DNA of 64,000 nt from an uncultured cyanobacterium (lineage in GTDB: Bacteria > Cyanobacteriota > Cyanobacteriia > Cyanobacteriales > CAWCAG01), in assembly GCA_963803805.1 (NCBI GenBank), contig CAWDOD010000011.1, positions 576,001 through 640,000 on the forward strand. Direction: 5' to 3'. The number at the start of each line of letters is the position of its first letter. Positions within the stretch are counted from its first letter, which is position 1. Shown here piece by piece: positions 51,323-62,300 of this stretch. Under the pieces are notes generated by a model. The model saw only the letters and a program-made list of their open reading frames with translations. It did no database searches and had not been told where the DNA came from. Both the position numbers and the translations under genes were made by a program.

Positions 51323-52464
51323 AGACATCTCCGAAAAAGAATCAAACTATGATAAAAGAAGATAAAATAGAATTTTTAACCAGAAATAATGAGTAAAATA
51401 CTCGAATATATCCAGCAACATCCCAGAGAATCTCAGCGTTTAGTAGGTTTAAAATATGAACAGTTAGAAAAACTGCTCTCCAAGGCTATTGAACTAGAGG
51501 CTCAAAAACGAAAACTAGCGGAAGCTCAAAAAGTCAGAATTATTGGCTCTGGAGGTGGTAGAAAAGCGAAACTATCTCCACCAGAACAAGTAATCCTAAC
51601 CTTAACATATTTACGACACTTAACGACATTTCAGCTACTAGGGATTCAGTTTGGTATTAGTGAAACAACTGCCAATAATATTTTTAACTATTGGTGTCCC
51701 CTAATAGGAGAATTATTACCAGCAAGTATCTATGAGCAGGTAAAAAAAACGAGTGTGACTATGAAATAGTCCAAGAGATGTTAGCAGAGTTCGAGTTAAT
51801 TGTAGATAGCTATGAGCAGCCCATCGAAAGACCTGGAGAGTATGAAGAGCAGAAAAAGTATTACTCAGGTAAAAAAGCTAATCACACAAGAAAAACTCAA
51901 GTAATTGTTTTACCAAAAGGTCAATCTGGTCGTCGATGTTGAAGCGGGTTTACCGGGTCCAAAAAGTGATATCAAAATATTTAGGGAAACGAAAACAAAA
52001 TTTAGTGAGCAGCAAAGATTTAGGGGAGATAAAGCTTATCAAGGAGACAAATCAACGACAACGCCTCTGAAAAAGCCGAGAAAAAAACAACTAAATGCTC
52101 AAGAAAAACAAATAAATAAAGAGCTAGCTAAGGAGCGAATATTCGTAGAACATTTAATTAGATTAATTAAGATATTTAGAGTAGCTAGTGAAAGATTCAG
52201 ATTAAATTCCCATAAATATGAGCAGGTAGTTACGACAATTTGTGGGTTAGTGAGATTAAGAATTGGTACTTCTGTGTTTTAGTGAAGATATATCTGCCCT
52301 TGCCCTTGGCAAATAACTATCTAATTAGAGCTATCTTTTTGTTAGTTATGGGTAGTAGCTTTCTCAAATACTTATTAAACCGTAGAATAGAGCTATCTTT
52401 GGGTCAAGGCAACTGCCATCTCAAAGACTGTACTGTATAACTTTGGCTATTTCCGGAGAGGTCT
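51323..52464 (+). mobile_element. IS5-family (ISL2/IS702-like) insertion sequence, about 1.14 kb
   Basis: Terminal inverted repeats AGACATCTCCGAAAA and TTTCCGGAGAGGTCT; ATT duplicated on both flanks; transposase inside. Confidence 0.88.
51389..52282 (+). pseudogene. IS5-family transposase in three segments (A8 slippery site at 51742-51749, second shift near 51922)
   Basis: HTH part GGGRKAKL...LGIQFGISETTA; -1 frame gives IVDSYEQPIERP...YYSGKK; final frame gives GPKSDI, GDKAYQG, RIFVEH. Confidence 0.85.
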
Positions 52465-52512
52465 ATTGGTAGTTTGCCAGCTTCGACTGTTATCTTTGTT
52501 AGTCTGACTCAT
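52465..52512 (-). pseudogene. Stranded 5' end of the NACHT gene
   Basis: ATG at 52512 reads MSQTNKDNSRSWQTTN up to the IS boundary, same strand as the NACHT body. Confidence 0.55.
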
Positions 52513-52831
52513 AACGAAATCATCAATCCAATATATATTCTAGTCTTTTAGGACGCAAACAAACCCCGTCACTTTTACAGGCTTTTTCATTTTCATAGGC
52601 TTTTTGGTTTTTAATGTTTTTAATTTTCAGCTACAAAAAGTAACAAAACTTTAATCAATTCCCAGGTTCTTGCATAGTAATTGCACAAAGACCTTGGTTG
52701 AATAGGTATAGTCCGGAAGATACTGAACTTTTGACAGGAATTAATTGTTTCTGATTGTTGAGTTTATTAATAAATCAACTTTATAAAGTTAAGATTTCAG
52801 TATTTCTCAGAAAAATTTAGGAGAATATTTA

Positions 52832-53350
52832 ATGTTAGACGCATTCACTAAAGTAGTTTCCCAAGCAGATGCTAGAGGCGAATACTTATCTGGCGACCAG
52901 TTAGATGCCCTCAGCCAAATGGTTAGCGAAAGCAACAAGCGCATGGACACCGTTAACCGCATCACCAGCAACTCTTCAGCAATTGTTACCGATGCAGCCC
53001 GTGCTTTATTCGCTGAGCAACCTCAGCTAATCGCTCCTGGTGGAAACGCTTACACCAGTCGTCGTATGGCTGCCTGCTTACGGGACATGGAAATCATCCT
53101 ACGCTATGTAACCTACGCTATCTTCTCTGGTGACGCTAGTGTTTTAGAAGACCGTTGTTTAAATGGTTTGCGTGAAACCTACCAAGCTTTAGGAACTCCT
53201 GGAAGCTCTGTAGCAGTAGGCGTTAATAAAATGAAAGATGCAGCTATTGCGATCGCCAACGACAAAAACGGCGTAACATCAGGCGATTGCAGCTCTTTAA
53301 TGTCTGAAGTAGGTAGCTACTTTGACCGTGCAGCTTCTGCTGTCAGCTAA
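52832..53350 (+). CDS. cpcB: C-phycocyanin beta subunit
   Basis: [30 protein letters not shown]; 172 aa. Confidence 0.98.
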   Translation: MLDAFTKVVSQADARGEYLSGDQLDALSQMVSESNKRMDTVNRITSNSSAIVTDAARALFAEQPQLIAPGGNAYTSRRMAACLRDMEIILRYVTYAIFSGDASVLEDRCLNGLRETYQALGTPGSSVAVGVNKMKDAAIAIANDKNGVTSGDCSSLMSEVGSYFDRAASAVS

Positions 53351-53411
53351 CTTCTTACCAGAACAGTTCATTAAAATTATCAACTTTTTTGTAATACAAG
53401 GTATATAACTC

Positions 53412-53900
53412 ATGAAAACTCCTCTTACCGAAGCAGTATCCACAGCAGACGCTCAAGGTCGCTTCCTCAGCAGCAGTGAAATCCAAGTTGCTTTTGGTCG
53501 TTTCCGCCAAGCTAGCGCTAGCTTAGAAGCAGCTAAAGCTCTGACTAGCAAAGCTGACAGCCTTGTTAGTGGCGCAGCCCAAGCTGTTTACAAAAAGTTC
53601 CCTTACACCACCCAAATGGATGGCGCTAACTACGCTGCTGACCAACGTGGTAAAGATAAGTGCGCTCGTGACATCGGTTACTACCTCCGCATGGTAACTT
53701 ACTGCTTAGTTGCTGGTGGTACAGGACCCATGGATGAGTATTTAATCGCTGGAATTGCTGAAATCAACAGCACCTTCGACTTATCTCCTAGCTGGTATGT
53801 AGAAGCTCTCAAGAACATCAAAGCGAGCCATGGTTTAAGTGGTGACCCTGCTGTAGAAGCTAACTCCTACATCGACTACGCTATTAATGCTCTTAGCTAG
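53412..53900 (+). CDS. cpcA: C-phycocyanin alpha subunit
   Basis: [20 protein letters not shown]; 162 aa. Confidence 0.98.
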   Translation: MKTPLTEAVSTADAQGRFLSSSEIQVAFGRFRQASASLEAAKALTSKADSLVSGAAQAVYKKFPYTTQMDGANYAADQRGKDKCARDIGYYLRMVTYCLVAGGTGPMDEYLIAGIAEINSTFDLSPSWYVEALKNIKASHGLSGDPAVEANSYIDYAINALS

Positions 53901-53913
53901 ATAGATTCTAGTA

Positions 53914-53987
53914 GCTCGGAATTGTAGGTGACTATTAAGCAGACAGTTACTGTTTGATGGTTTCCCATGATTCCGAGCAGTTTTTTT
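53914..53987 (+). terminator. Long stem-loop after cpcA (attenuator or transcript-stabilising hairpin)
   Basis: GCTCGGAAT...ATTCCGAGC arms followed by a T7 run, between cpcA and the linker genes. Confidence 0.7.
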
Positions 53988-54020
53988 AATAACAGTATTA
54001 AGCAAAATGGAGTATAGCCA

Positions 54021-54845
54021 ATGGCCATCACAACAGCCGCATCTCGTTTAGGAGTATCTGCTTTTAGCGAGACAAGCCCTGTAGAATTACGTCCTCATTG
54101 GACTCAAGAAGATGCTCAAGTTGCCATAAGTGCAGTTTACAGACAAGTACTAGGCAACGACCATATCATGGAATCTGAGCGTCTTACTAGTGCAGAATCT
54201 TTACTTTGCAATGGCTCGATTTCCGTACGGGAGTTTGTCAGAGCTATAGCTAAGTCAGAATTATATAGAAGCAAATTTTTCTATAACAACTATCATCCCC
54301 GCACCATTGAACTGAATTTCAAGCATTTGCTCGGTCGCGCCCCTTATGATGAAGCTGAGATTATTGAGCATCTCGATATTTATCAAAATCAAGGGTTTGA
54401 TGCAGATATTGATTCTTACATTGATTCTGAGGAATATACCTCTAACTTTGGCGACAATATCGTACCCTACTATAGAGGCTTTTCGACCCAAAATGGTCAG
54501 AAAATCGCCGGGTTCACTCGCCTATTCCAGCTTTATCAAGGTTACGCTAATAGCGATCGCGCCCAAAGCAACACAGGCAGCCCTCGCTTAACCTACGATC
54601 TAGCTCGTAATATCACCAGCCCAATTCGTAATTCGGCTGTAGGACAAAATCTTACTGGTGCAACCACAACAGAGCGAGGACAAACTTACCGCCTGCGGGT
54701 TTCCCAAGGTGCGCGAGGACGTGCGCCTCAATTACGGCGTAGCATCAAAGAATATGTCGTTCCTTACGAAAGACTTTCCCCAACCTTAAAAAAACTTAAT
54801 CAGCTTGGCTGTCAGGTTTTAAGCATTACCAATGCTTCAAATTAA
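54021..54845 (+). CDS. cpcC: Phycocyanin-associated rod linker (CpcC2-like)
   Basis: [24 protein letters not shown] plus C-terminal CpcD-like domain. Confidence 0.92.
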   Translation: MAITTAASRLGVSAFSETSPVELRPHWTQEDAQVAISAVYRQVLGNDHIMESERLTSAESLLCNGSISVREFVRAIAKSELYRSKFFYNNYHPRTIELNFKHLLGRAPYDEAEIIEHLDIYQNQGFDADIDSYIDSEEYTSNFGDNIVPYYRGFSTQNGQKIAGFTRLFQLYQGYANSDRAQSNTGSPRLTYDLARNITSPIRNSAVGQNLTGATTTERGQTYRLRVSQGARGRAPQLRRSIKEYVVPYERLSPTLKKLNQLGCQVLSITNASN

Positions 54846-54868
54846 CATCAATGAGGAGAAATATTTAA

Positions 54869-55723
54869 GTGGCAATTACAAACGCAGCTTCCCGTCTTGG
54901 GGTTTCGGCTTTCAATGATAGCCAGCCGGTGGAATTACGTCCTAACTGGAATCAAGACGATGTTAAAGCTGTAATTAGAGCTGTTTATCGCCAGGTGCTT
55001 GGTAACGACTATGTTATGGCTTCTGAGCGTCTTACAGCGACAGAATCATTACTTTCCAATGGCTCAATTACAGTGCGAGACTTCGTTAGGGCTGTAGCTA
55101 AATCAGAACTATATAAGTCAAAGTTCCTTTATAATAGTTTCCAAACTAGAGTTATTGAGTTAAATCTCAAACATCTACTTGGTCGCGCTCCTTATGATGA
55201 ATCAGAGGTAGTTTATCACCTCGATCTTTATCAAGAACAGGGTTTTGAAGCAGATATCGATTCCTACATTGATTCTGTAGAATATGACGAAAACTTTGGT
55301 GACAACATTGTTCCTTACTATCGTTTTACTACCCAACCTCGACAAAAAACTGTTGGTTTTACCCGGATGTTTCAACTCTACCGGGGTTATGCCAATAGCG
55401 ATCGCAGCCAAATTGGCGGGACAGAATCCCGTCTGGCTAAAGAATTAGCGATGAACAGTGCCTCGGCAGTAGTAGGGCCTTCTGGAGGTAATGAAGGTTG
55501 GGCTTATCAAGCTTCCAAGCAAGGTACAACCCCTAACAAAACCTTTAAAACTCCTAACGCTGAGCGTATTTATCGGGTAGAAATAGCTGGAATGAATCTA
55601 CCTCGATATCCGAAAGTGCGTCGCATTAATAAAGCGCTTTTAGTTCCCTATGACAAGCTATCAGAAACCCTCCAAAAAGTTAACCAAATGGGGGGTAAGG
55701 TTGCTAGTATAACTGTGGCTTAA
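54869..55723 (+). CDS. cpcC: Phycocyanin-associated rod linker (CpcC1-like)
   Basis: Same linker motifs; ends [10 protein letters not shown]. Confidence 0.93.
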   Translation: MAITNAASRLGVSAFNDSQPVELRPNWNQDDVKAVIRAVYRQVLGNDYVMASERLTATESLLSNGSITVRDFVRAVAKSELYKSKFLYNSFQTRVIELNLKHLLGRAPYDESEVVYHLDLYQEQGFEADIDSYIDSVEYDENFGDNIVPYYRFTTQPRQKTVGFTRMFQLYRGYANSDRSQIGGTESRLAKELAMNSASAVVGPSGGNEGWAYQASKQGTTPNKTFKTPNAERIYRVEIAGMNLPRYPKVRRINKALLVPYDKLSETLQKVNQMGGKVASITVA

Positions 55724-55728
55724 AAGCT

Positions 55729-55804
55729 AGGTAATAGGTAATAGGTAATAGGAAAAGAATATTGTTTAATAAGTGTTCCCTGTTTCCTGTTCCCTGTTTC
55801 CTGT
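55729..55804. repeat. Heptamer STRR-type repeats (TAGGTAA)x3 and (TTCCCTG/TTTCCTG)x4
   Basis: Directly visible between cpcC and cpcD. Confidence 0.7.
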
Positions 55805-55838
55805 TTTAAGAAAAAATCTATTTATAGCAGGAGAGAAA

Positions 55839-56093
55839 ATGTTAGGAAAATCAGTTATTGGTAGTAGAGGTGGTTCTTCCTTAAGTAATCGTACTTTTGT
55901 TTATGAAGTAACTGGATTAAAACAAAATAATCAAAACGATAGCAATAGTTATCCTTTCCGTAGCAGCAGCAGCGTATTTATTCAGGTTCCCTATAATCGC
56001 ATGAATGAAGAGATGCAGCGCATTAATCGTATGGGAGGAAAAATTGTCAATATTCGTCCGTCCGATAGTTCGAGTCAAGATAGTTCTGAATAA
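55839..56093 (+). CDS. cpcD: Phycocyanin rod-capping linker
   Basis: FVYEVTGL, VPYNRMNEEMQRINRMGGKI; ATG 55839 preceded by AGGAGA. Confidence 0.95.
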   Translation: MLGKSVIGSRGGSSLSNRTFVYEVTGLKQNNQNDSNSYPFRSSSSVFIQVPYNRMNEEMQRINRMGGKIVNIRPSDSSSQDSSE

Positions 56094-56191
56094 CTAGTTA
56101 CTCTCTTGAATGGCAAGGAGGAAAATTCACTTCCTCCTACCTATAAAAATTTATTAAAATCAAAATATTAAAGTTATTAGGAAGAGAGTCA

Positions 56192-56929
56192 ATGGTTACA
56201 ACAAATCAGTCCTCTCTTAGAGAAAGTCAGCATATTCTTATTCGTGATTTAGCTAATTGTATTGAGGAAAATTGGGAACGTTACTTAGAGTTATCTCCCT
56301 ATGAAATACCAGAGGATCTTGGTTATGTAGAAGGAAATTTGGAAGGGGAAAAGCTAGTTATTGAAAATCTCTGTTATCAAACCCCTCAGTTTCGCAAACT
56401 CCATTTAGAATTAGCACGAGTCGGCGATCGCTTAGATATTCTCCACTGTGTTATGTTTCCGCGCCCAAATTATTCTCTACCCATATTTGGCGCTGATTTG
56501 GTGGGTAGTCAAGGTGGAATTGGAGCAGCAATTGTTGATCTATCCCCTATGAATAGCGATCGCATTTTAGGGAAAAACTATACTCAGATTTTAGCCAAGT
56601 TACCTCCTGTAGAGTTTTCTCAGCCTAGAGATTTACCAGCTTGGGGAGATATATTTTCAGAATTTTGTTTATTTGTACGTCCTGGAGATGCTTCTGAGGA
56701 AAGGCTTTTTCTTAATCGAGTTCAGCAGTTTCTCTCCAGACACTGCCAGATTGCTATTGCGACACATCCTGTATCTTCTAGCCTTCAGGAAGCGGAGATT
56801 TTACGAGGGCAGCGTTATTATTGCCAAAAGCAGCAACAGAATGATAAAACACGGCGAGTATTGGAAAAATCTCTAGGGCAAGCTTGGACAGACCGTTACA
56901 TGACAACAATGCTTTTTGATGCTCCTTAA
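56192..56929 (+). CDS. pcyA: Phycocyanobilin:ferredoxin oxidoreductase
   Basis: FRKLHLELA, LDILHCVMFP, FGADLV, QQQNDKTRRVLE. Confidence 0.95.
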   Translation: MVTTNQSSLRESQHILIRDLANCIEENWERYLELSPYEIPEDLGYVEGNLEGEKLVIENLCYQTPQFRKLHLELARVGDRLDILHCVMFPRPNYSLPIFGADLVGSQGGIGAAIVDLSPMNSDRILGKNYTQILAKLPPVEFSQPRDLPAWGDIFSEFCLFVRPGDASEERLFLNRVQQFLSRHCQIAIATHPVSSSLQEAEILRGQRYYCQKQQQNDKTRRVLEKSLGQAWTDRYMTTMLFDAP

Positions 56930-56983
56930 GAGGTAATGGGTATCAATTCCTCAGTAAGATTATTCTAATGGGGATAATGAGGA

Positions 56984-58360
56984 GTGGGTAACTTAAACAT
57001 GACTCTAGATTTGATTGAATTTTTTCGAGCAGTTAATCCTAGCAAAACCCTAAATATTAGTAAACCAGAAGAGCAGCAATTTTATATCGATTTTGCCTCA
57101 GTACGTGGGGGTAATGTCATTGAGGAATTAAAGGAAAATATTACTATTTACCATCAAGATGAGCCAACTTGTGATTTATTTACAGGGCATATTGGTTGTG
57201 GTAAATCAACAGAATTGTTACGCCTGAAAGCACAACTGGAGGAGGAAGGATTTTGTGTTGTTTATTTTACTTCCAGTGAAGACTTGGAAATGGCCGATGT
57301 GGATACTAGTGATGTGCTGCTGGCGATCGCCAGGCGTTTATCTCAGAGTTGGAAACAGTTTGATTTAGCTAAAGCAAGTAGGTTTAGGGCAATTCTCCAA
57401 GGGGCAGCTAAGGCTTTGCAAACGGAGATTAACATTTCTCAAATAGAGGTTGGTGGATCAGGTTTACCAAGGGTAGGGGTTTCTATGAAGGAAAACCAGG
57501 AATTCTCTTTGGCTTGGGGCATTGGCAAGATTACCGCTAAAGCCAAAAGTGATGCAGGATTGCGAGAGAAGTTAAATCAGTATTTAGGGCCTCAGAAAAG
57601 TCAGCTTATTGAGGCAATTAATACAGAATTGATTAAGCCTGCGATCGCGAAGTTAAAACAGCAGGGAAAACCGGGCTTGGTGGTGATTGTTGATAACCTA
57701 GATCGTCTGGATAATCAAGTTAAAACCTGGGGTAGGCCCCAACAAGAATATTTATTTATCGATCAGGCGGAATATTTACAGAGTTTGCACTGCCATTTAG
57801 TTTATACTATGCCCCTAGCCCTCAAGTTTTCTGATGATTACGGTAGGTTAGTACAACGCTACCCAGAGGAACCCAAAGTATTACCCATGGTGCGGGTAAG
57901 GAATAAGGATGGTAGTGATCATGAACCGGGTTTAGCTTTAATGCGACAGATGGTTTTAGCAAGGGCTTTTCCCCAGTTAAGTGATGGGGAAAGATTAGAG
58001 CAAATTAGCACTATTTTTGATACTCCAGCTAGTTTAGACTATCTTTGTTGGGTTAGCGGTGGCCATGTGCGGGACTTGTTACGGTTGTTAAGTGACTGGA
58101 TCAAGAAAGATCGTCAGCAGGGTATTTTAACTCGCCCTAATTTAGAAGAGACAATTCGTTCCCGTCGTAATGAGTTAACTTTACCCGTTGATGATCATGA
58201 GTGGGAACTTTTGCAGCGAGTGCAAAAGAGAAAGAAAGTTAGTGGTGATCAAGGTTATCAAAAATTAATCCGTAGTCGTCTAGTTTTTGAATATCGCGAT
58301 CGCGGTGAGTCGTGGTTTGATCTCAATCCGGTTTTATTGGGGGCAGAAGAGTTGAATTGA
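56984..58360 (+). CDS. P-loop (AAA/STAND-like) ATPase of the cyanobacterial ATPase + TPR/WD40 gene pairs
   Basis: YIDFASVRG, Walker A GHIGCGKST, Walker B VVIVDNLDR, SGGHVRDL, FEY...WFDLNP. Confidence 0.85.
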   Translation: MGNLNMTLDLIEFFRAVNPSKTLNISKPEEQQFYIDFASVRGGNVIEELKENITIYHQDEPTCDLFTGHIGCGKSTELLRLKAQLEEEGFCVVYFTSSEDLEMADVDTSDVLLAIARRLSQSWKQFDLAKASRFRAILQGAAKALQTEINISQIEVGGSGLPRVGVSMKENQEFSLAWGIGKITAKAKSDAGLREKLNQYLGPQKSQLIEAINTELIKPAIAKLKQQGKPGLVVIVDNLDRLDNQVKTWGRPQQEYLFIDQAEYLQSLHCHLVYTMPLALKFSDDYGRLVQRYPEEPKVLPMVRVRNKDGSDHEPGLALMRQMVLARAFPQLSDGERLEQISTIFDTPASLDYLCWVSGGHVRDLLRLLSDWIKKDRQQGILTRPNLEETIRSRRNELTLPVDDHEWELLQRVQKRKKVSGDQGYQKLIRSRLVFEYRDRGESWFDLNPVLLGAEELN

Positions 58361-58375
58361 TTTACTTATTTCAAG

Positions 58376-58478
58376 TCTGGGCTTTCGCCCCCCTAGCCCC
58401 CCAATCTGGGGGGAACAGGGACTTTTCAAAGTCCCCCAATGTTGGGGGATTGAGGGGGCAGGAGATTTAGGGGGCAGA
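58376..58478. repeat. C/G-run palindromic repeat, copy 1 (upstream of the endonuclease)
   Basis: TCTGGGCTTTCGCCCCCCTAGCCCCCCAATCTGGGGGGAACAGGGACTTTTCAAAGTCCCCCAATGTTGGGGGATTGAGGGGGCAGGAGATTTAGGGGGCAGA. Confidence 0.92.
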
Positions 58479-58549
58479 AGGCAGGGGCAGAAGAAACCAG
58501 AATAAACAGAGAAAATTAAATCGAACAAGACTATAAACTATCAAAAAGA

Positions 58550-58945
58550 ATGTCTAGACAAACTTATCAGGGGGGGAAAAATAACTATAGAATTCGTGGT
58601 ACAACTCCACAAATAGAACAAGCTGCACGGAAGTTAAGGAAAAATTTGACACCAGCAGAGGCCATTTTGTGGAAAGCACTACGAAATAAGCAACTTGAAG
58701 GATTACGTTTTCGCTGTCAGCATCCTGTAGGAAATTTTATTTTAGATTTTTATTGTCCTTCTTGTAAGTTAGTGGTAGAAGTTGATGGAGAAATCCATGC
58801 TAAACAGCGTAGTTACGATGATGCTAGAACTGCTAAATTAGCAGAATATGGCTATCAAGTGCTGAGGTTTACAAACAGAGAGGTGATCAATAATTTACCG
58901 CAGGTTTTAGCTGAGATTAAGCGTGTTGCTATTTCGCCCCCCTAG
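58550..58945 (+). CDS. DUF559 / Vsr-like PD-(D/E)XK endonuclease domain protein
   Basis: ARKLRKNLTPAEAILW, FRCQHPVGNFILDFYC, VVEVDGEIH, GYQVLRFTN. Confidence 0.92.
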   Translation: MSRQTYQGGKNNYRIRGTTPQIEQAARKLRKNLTPAEAILWKALRNKQLEGLRFRCQHPVGNFILDFYCPSCKLVVEVDGEIHAKQRSYDDARTAKLAEYGYQVLRFTNREVINNLPQVLAEIKRVAISPP

Positions 58946-59335
58946 CCCCCTAATCCTGGGGGGAATAGGGACTTTGAAAAGTCCCCCAAAACTCAAAGTT
59001 CCCCAATGTTGGGGGATTTAGGGGGCATAAATAAACTTCAAGCCTCAGACAGATAAATATTTGCCTTAGTTCTGGGCTTTCGCCCCCCTAGCCCCCTAAT
59101 CCTGGGGGGAATAGGGACTTTGAAAAGTCCCCCAAAACTCAAAGTTCCCCAATGTTGGGGGATTTAGGGGGCATAAATAAACTTCAAGCCTCAGACAGAT
59201 AAATATTTGCCTTAATTCTGGGCTTTCGCCCCCCTAGCCCCCTAATCCTGGGGGGGAATAGGGACTTTGAAAAGTCCCCCAATATTGGGGGATTGAGGGG
59301 GCAGGAGATTTAGGGGGCAGAGGATTTAAGGGGCA
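58932..59335. repeat. Tandem array of the same palindromic repeat, 146-bp period (copies 2-4)
   Basis: TTTCGCCCCCCTAGCCCCCTAATCCTGGGGGG starts at 58932, 59078 and 59224; the two AT-rich linkers differ by one base. Confidence 0.95.
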
Positions 59336-59390
59336 ATGCAGAGTCTCAAGCACTAGATAGAAAAACGATTTGATTTAGGAAAATCAGCCA

Positions 59391-62300
59391 GTGTCTCTTT
59401 CTCCTAATAATGAGCATAAACTAACAGAACTTATTTGGGAAATCAAAGCTTCTCAAGGAGAGTTTCGGCTGATTTTGCTGCGGTGTAATTATTTGGCTTT
59501 GCAGTCGCAAATCTTACAACGGCTAGAACAATTAGGGGACATTAAAATTGTTCATCTCCAAGCTGGGGATACTTCCCTTTATAGGCGGCTACAAACAGAA
59601 TTAGGACAAGCACAAACTGACGCTGTAGTGATTCTGGGGTTTGAAGTGTTGGAAAATGTGGCGGAGTTTCTTCGTAATGCGAACTTAAACCGCGATCGCC
59701 TAGCCCAAGAATTTCCACTGCCTCTGATTTTCTGTATTGATGAGGAGATTTATGGGGAACTATTAAGATTTGCTGGTGATTTGGAAAGCTGGGGTAGTAG
59801 TGTCGATTTTTGCTTAACTACTGAGGAGTTATTGGTTACTATCCGGGCAGGGATAGAAGCAGTTTTTGCGGGGGTTTTAGTAGGAGAAGAAGTAACAGAT
59901 TGTCCTAGCTGTCGGGAGATACTAGTTGCTAGTCAGGAATTGCTTAACCAAGGGGAAGAGTTAGAAGTTGAGTTGCAAAGGGACTTAGCTTTCTTGCGGG
60001 GGCAGGATTTCTTTACTCAAGGGAGGTATGACGAGGCTTTAGCCGCTTATCACCAGGGTTTAACTATGCTGGGGGATAACGATGATAAGAGCAAGTTAGC
60101 TGCATTTAGTTTACAAATTGGCTTCTGTCATTTCCAAAAAGGAGAACAAGCCACAGAAACAGAAGAAATTCATCACTGGCAGCAAGCAAGGGATATTTGG
60201 CAACAAACACTTGCATCTTTTCAAGGCAAGAGACAAGATGCAAAAGGCAAAAGTATTAATTTACCTTACCTCCCCACTTCCCCATCCCCCTATCTCCCCA
60301 CCTCCCTCCAGCTAGCCGAAGTCCTCCATCGCCTCGAAGCCTGGCAAGCGTTAGCTGGGTTGCTGCCATCGTTACAAGCCCAGCAGCCACCAGAAATTAG
60401 GGCGCAAATTGCAGGCTTTCGGGCTTTGCTAGCTTTGAGTAAACAACGGGGAGAAGTTGCCCAAGTAGCAGCTAATCAAGCTTTAGATTTAATTGCTCAA
60501 GTTCCCTTAGAAAGGCAGCAGCAACGTAGTTTTTATCTTTTGCTCCTGGCTAGGGCTAAACAGGAGTTAGCAGACTGCCAGGGGGCTTTTAGCCGCCAAA
60601 CAGAAGCCGTCCAACTAGTGGCTACAGATCATCCTAAACCCTATTTAAAGCTGTTACGGCAATTGCAGAGGCACTACTTTGACAAGAAAGAATATCGCCT
60701 GGCTTTCCTGACAAAATTACAACGGCGTTCCCTAGAGCAACAGTATGGTTTCCGGGCTTTTATTGGGGCTGGAACGATTGCTAACCAAGTTGTGGGGAAA
60801 AAAGCCCTTACTGCCTCTGGGAAACGGGAAGCCATTGCCCAGGAAATTATTGCCTTTGGTAGGGAAGAAGATGTTAAGAATTTAGCAGCGCGGGTGGGGG
60901 ATAGAGAACATAAGCTGACGATTATTTATGGTGAGTCGGGGGTGGGGAAAAGCTCTTTAGTGAGTGGGGGTTTAGTACCTTTGTTAAAGAGTAAGCCTTT
61001 GGGTTCCCAGGATGCTTTAGTAATGGTGTTGCGGGTTTATACTAATTGGTTGTTGGAGTTGGGGCAGTTATGTACAAAAGCCCTAGCAGCGAAGGGCATT
61101 GTTCCCCCTACTCCCTTAACAACACAAGAGGCAATCATCCAGCAGCTTAGGCAATGTGAAACTGCAAACCTTCGGCCGGTGTTAATTTTCGACCAATTTG
61201 AAGAGTTTTTCTTTCTGCCCACCACCCCAAGGGAAAAAGAACAATTCTTCCGTTTTGTGGGGTCATGTTTAGAGATTATCCCCCTCAAGGTAGTCTACTC
61301 CATGCGAAAAGATTACCTTGACCAAATGTTAGAACAGCCGGGGTTAGAAACCATTGCCGAGGATATTTTGAGCAAAAATGTTCTTTACAGAGTGGGCAAT
61401 CTTGCTGCTGCTACTGTACCAGGGATAATTCGTAGCCTCACGGAAAGGGCAAATTTTCCTTTGTCACCAGACTTAGTTACTCGCCTAGTTGAAGACTTAG
61501 CCGGGGAACAGGCAACCATTCGCCCCATTGAGTTGCAAATTGTCGGGGCGCAACTGCAAGCGGAGAAGATTACTACTTTGCCCCAGTATGAAGCAAGAGG
61601 TACGAAGGAGGCTTTAGTTGAGGGCTATTTACAGGCGGTGGTGGCAGACTGTGGCCCGGAAAATGAACAGTTAGCAGAATTACTTCTCCTCCTCCTCACC
61701 GATGAAAAAGGTACTCGTCCCTTGAAAACCCGTGGGGAGTTGGCTACGGAGTTGGAGGCTTTGGGGCAGGATTTAGGGAGGTTGGATTTAGTTTTAGAAA
61801 TTGTGGTTAAGTCGGGTTTGGTTTTGTTGATTCCTGAACAGCCAGAGGAACGGTATCAGTTAGTTCACGACTATTTAGCGGAGTTTATTCAACAGCAACA
61901 GCAGCCCCAGTTGGCGAGGTTGCAGGAAGAGTTTGCCAGGGAGAGGGAACAGAGGTTGTTGACTCAGGAGGAGTTGGCTAAGGCGGAGGCGGCTAAGGAA
62001 ACGGCTATTAAACAAACAGCCAGGAGAATTAAAGTTGGTGTCGGTGTTTTAGCTATGACTTTGCTCTCTTCAGCAGCCGTATTAGCATTTGCTGGGATGA
62101 GAGTAACTGAAGCCGATCAAAGAGTTGTTAAAGCGGAAAAAACTGAACAAGAAGCGAGTAAGGAAGTTAAAGAAGCTGAGGCTAAAATTAGTCAAGCTGA
62201 GGAAAGGGAAGCAGCAGCTAATCAGAATTTAAAACAGACTGAAGCAAAAGTTACTAAAGTAGAACAGGAAGCTAACAAAGCTAGGAAGAATCTTCAAGCA

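Noticed and set aside
55773-55838. N-terminal extension MFPVSCSLFPV on CpcD
   Set aside because: Derived from heptamer tandem repeats; the ATG at 55839 has a ribosome-binding site and gives the normal length.
58334-58528. 64-aa minus-strand ORF rich in Pro/Gly
   Set aside because: It is the translation of palindromic repeat copy 1.
58932-59335. CRISPR array interpretation of the repeat-linker-repeat pattern
   Set aside because: Repeats are about 95 bp, the two linkers differ by only one base instead of being unique spacers, and no cas genes are in the window.
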